DNA of 64,000 nucleotides, taken from assembly GCF_000007005.1 (NCBI RefSeq), contig NC_002754.1, one strand, 5' to 3'. A program made the position numbers and the translations under genes. The notes beneath the pieces were generated by a model that worked only from the letters and a program-made list of their open reading frames with translations, ran no database searches and had not been told where the DNA came from. This document shows positions 63,220 to 64,000 of the stretch, one piece after another (position 1 is the first letter of the stretch; each line of letters begins with the position of its first letter). Source of the DNA: Saccharolobus solfataricus P2. GTDB taxonomy: Archaea; Thermoproteota; Thermoprotei_A; Sulfolobales; Sulfolobaceae.

Positions 63220-63473
63220 TCCTCTAATCCCTCCCTACCTATTACAATCCTCCTCTCCCAATCCCTTATGCCTAAAGGGATTATGTGAACTATGTCAGTA
63301 TTTGTGTCAACTATTAGCTTAACAACTCTGACTAAATCCTTAACCCTTTGACTGTCAATATCACCCTCAAAGGCACTTCTCTGAATCCTCTCCAATCCCA
63401 GTTTCTTCAAATTATTGGCTAGTTTATTTCTCTTACTGTCATCGGAAACGTCATATACTACCAATAATTTCAA
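63207..63473 (-). CDS. cas2: Cas2
   Basis: LVVYDVSDD and RIQRSAF motifs. Confidence 0.95.
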   Translation of the reverse strand: MKLLVVYDVSDDSKRNKLANNLKKLGLERIQRSAFEGDIDSQRVKDLVRVVKLIVDTNTDIVHIIPLGIRDWERRIVIGREGLEEWLV

Positions 63474-64000
63474 TCACATCACCAACTTGAAACCCCTATA
63501 CTCCTTCCCCTCCCTTATACTTGACGCCAACTTTACCGCATGAGCCCTTATTGCTTGTATCAATGTTTTTGGATTATGATCACTCTCCTCCTTAACGTTC
63601 TCTTCCATTCCCTTCCTTATCAACTTAGCCAAATCTCCCCTACTGTTCTCCTCTATTAAACCCCCCTTAACCTTTAACCTAAAACCACTTCTGAGAGCCC
63701 TAACTAATAAGAAGTCAATGTATGGTTTAAACATTTCTGAGAAATCGTAAACTAGACTCTCATTTCCAGGTCTATCTTTGTGTATAAAGCCTAGGTAGGG
63801 GTCTAACCCAGCTATAACCAGATATTTGAAAATTGTGTTATAAAGTATTGCGTAAGAGTAGTTCAATGCCATATTAAATTGGTCAGTCCCATCCACATCT
63901 CTACCGTCAAATCCAATATCCTTGGGTAGCAGTTGAGATATGTTCTGCCAATACACTCTAGCAGCAGCCGGTTCATCCTTATCCAACAACTCCTTGTAAT
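63474..64000 (-). CDS. cas1: Cas1 (3' part; 5' end lies beyond the window)
   Basis: EPAAARVYW, NMALNYSY, GFIH and DFSEMFK motifs; frame open to the window edge. Confidence 0.93.
   Translation of the reverse strand, partial: YKELLDKDEPAAARVYWQNISQLLPKDIGFDGRDVDGTDQFNMALNYSYAILYNTIFKYLVIAGLDPYLGFIHKDRPGNESLVYDFSEMFKPYIDFLLVRALRSGFRLKVKGGLIEENSRGDLAKLIRKGMEENVKEESDHNPKTLIQAIRAHAVKLASSIREGKEYRGFKLVM

Overview
AT-rich crenarchaeal DNA. The proteins and insertion sequences I recognise point to the large CRISPR-Cas island of Saccharolobus (Sulfolobus) solfataricus, P2-like, about SSO1391-SSO1450; this identification is from memory, not a database search. The window holds two complete type I-A interference modules (csa5-cas7-cas5-cas8a-cas3'-cas3''), two adaptation gene sets (csa1, cas4, cas1, cas2), three cas6 genes and a type III-D (Csm) operon whose cas10 is split by a frameshift. 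It also holds CARF proteins (two Crn1-type ring nucleases, Csa3a, Csa3b, a CARF-HTH) and two large arrays: 95 x 25-bp repeats at 14482-20452 and 32 x 24-bp repeats at 57153-59148, both transcribed from the minus strand. The accessory region (21-36 kb) is full of IS elements and several MITE families. The most interesting uncharacterised items are: (1) a putative ADP-ribosyltransferase/NADase-fold toxin with an acidic partner gene; (2) a degenerate three-repeat mini-CRISPR with a leader remnant, upstream of the III-D operon; (3) a Cas4-like PD-(D/E)xK nuclease and a small ORF heading that operon; (4) a Crn1 ring nuclease translationally coupled to a clan AA aspartic protease; (5) a reconstructable CARF-PIN pseudogene; (6) a bridge-RNA-like structured region upstream of an IS110 remnant. 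No rRNA or tRNA genes were seen.
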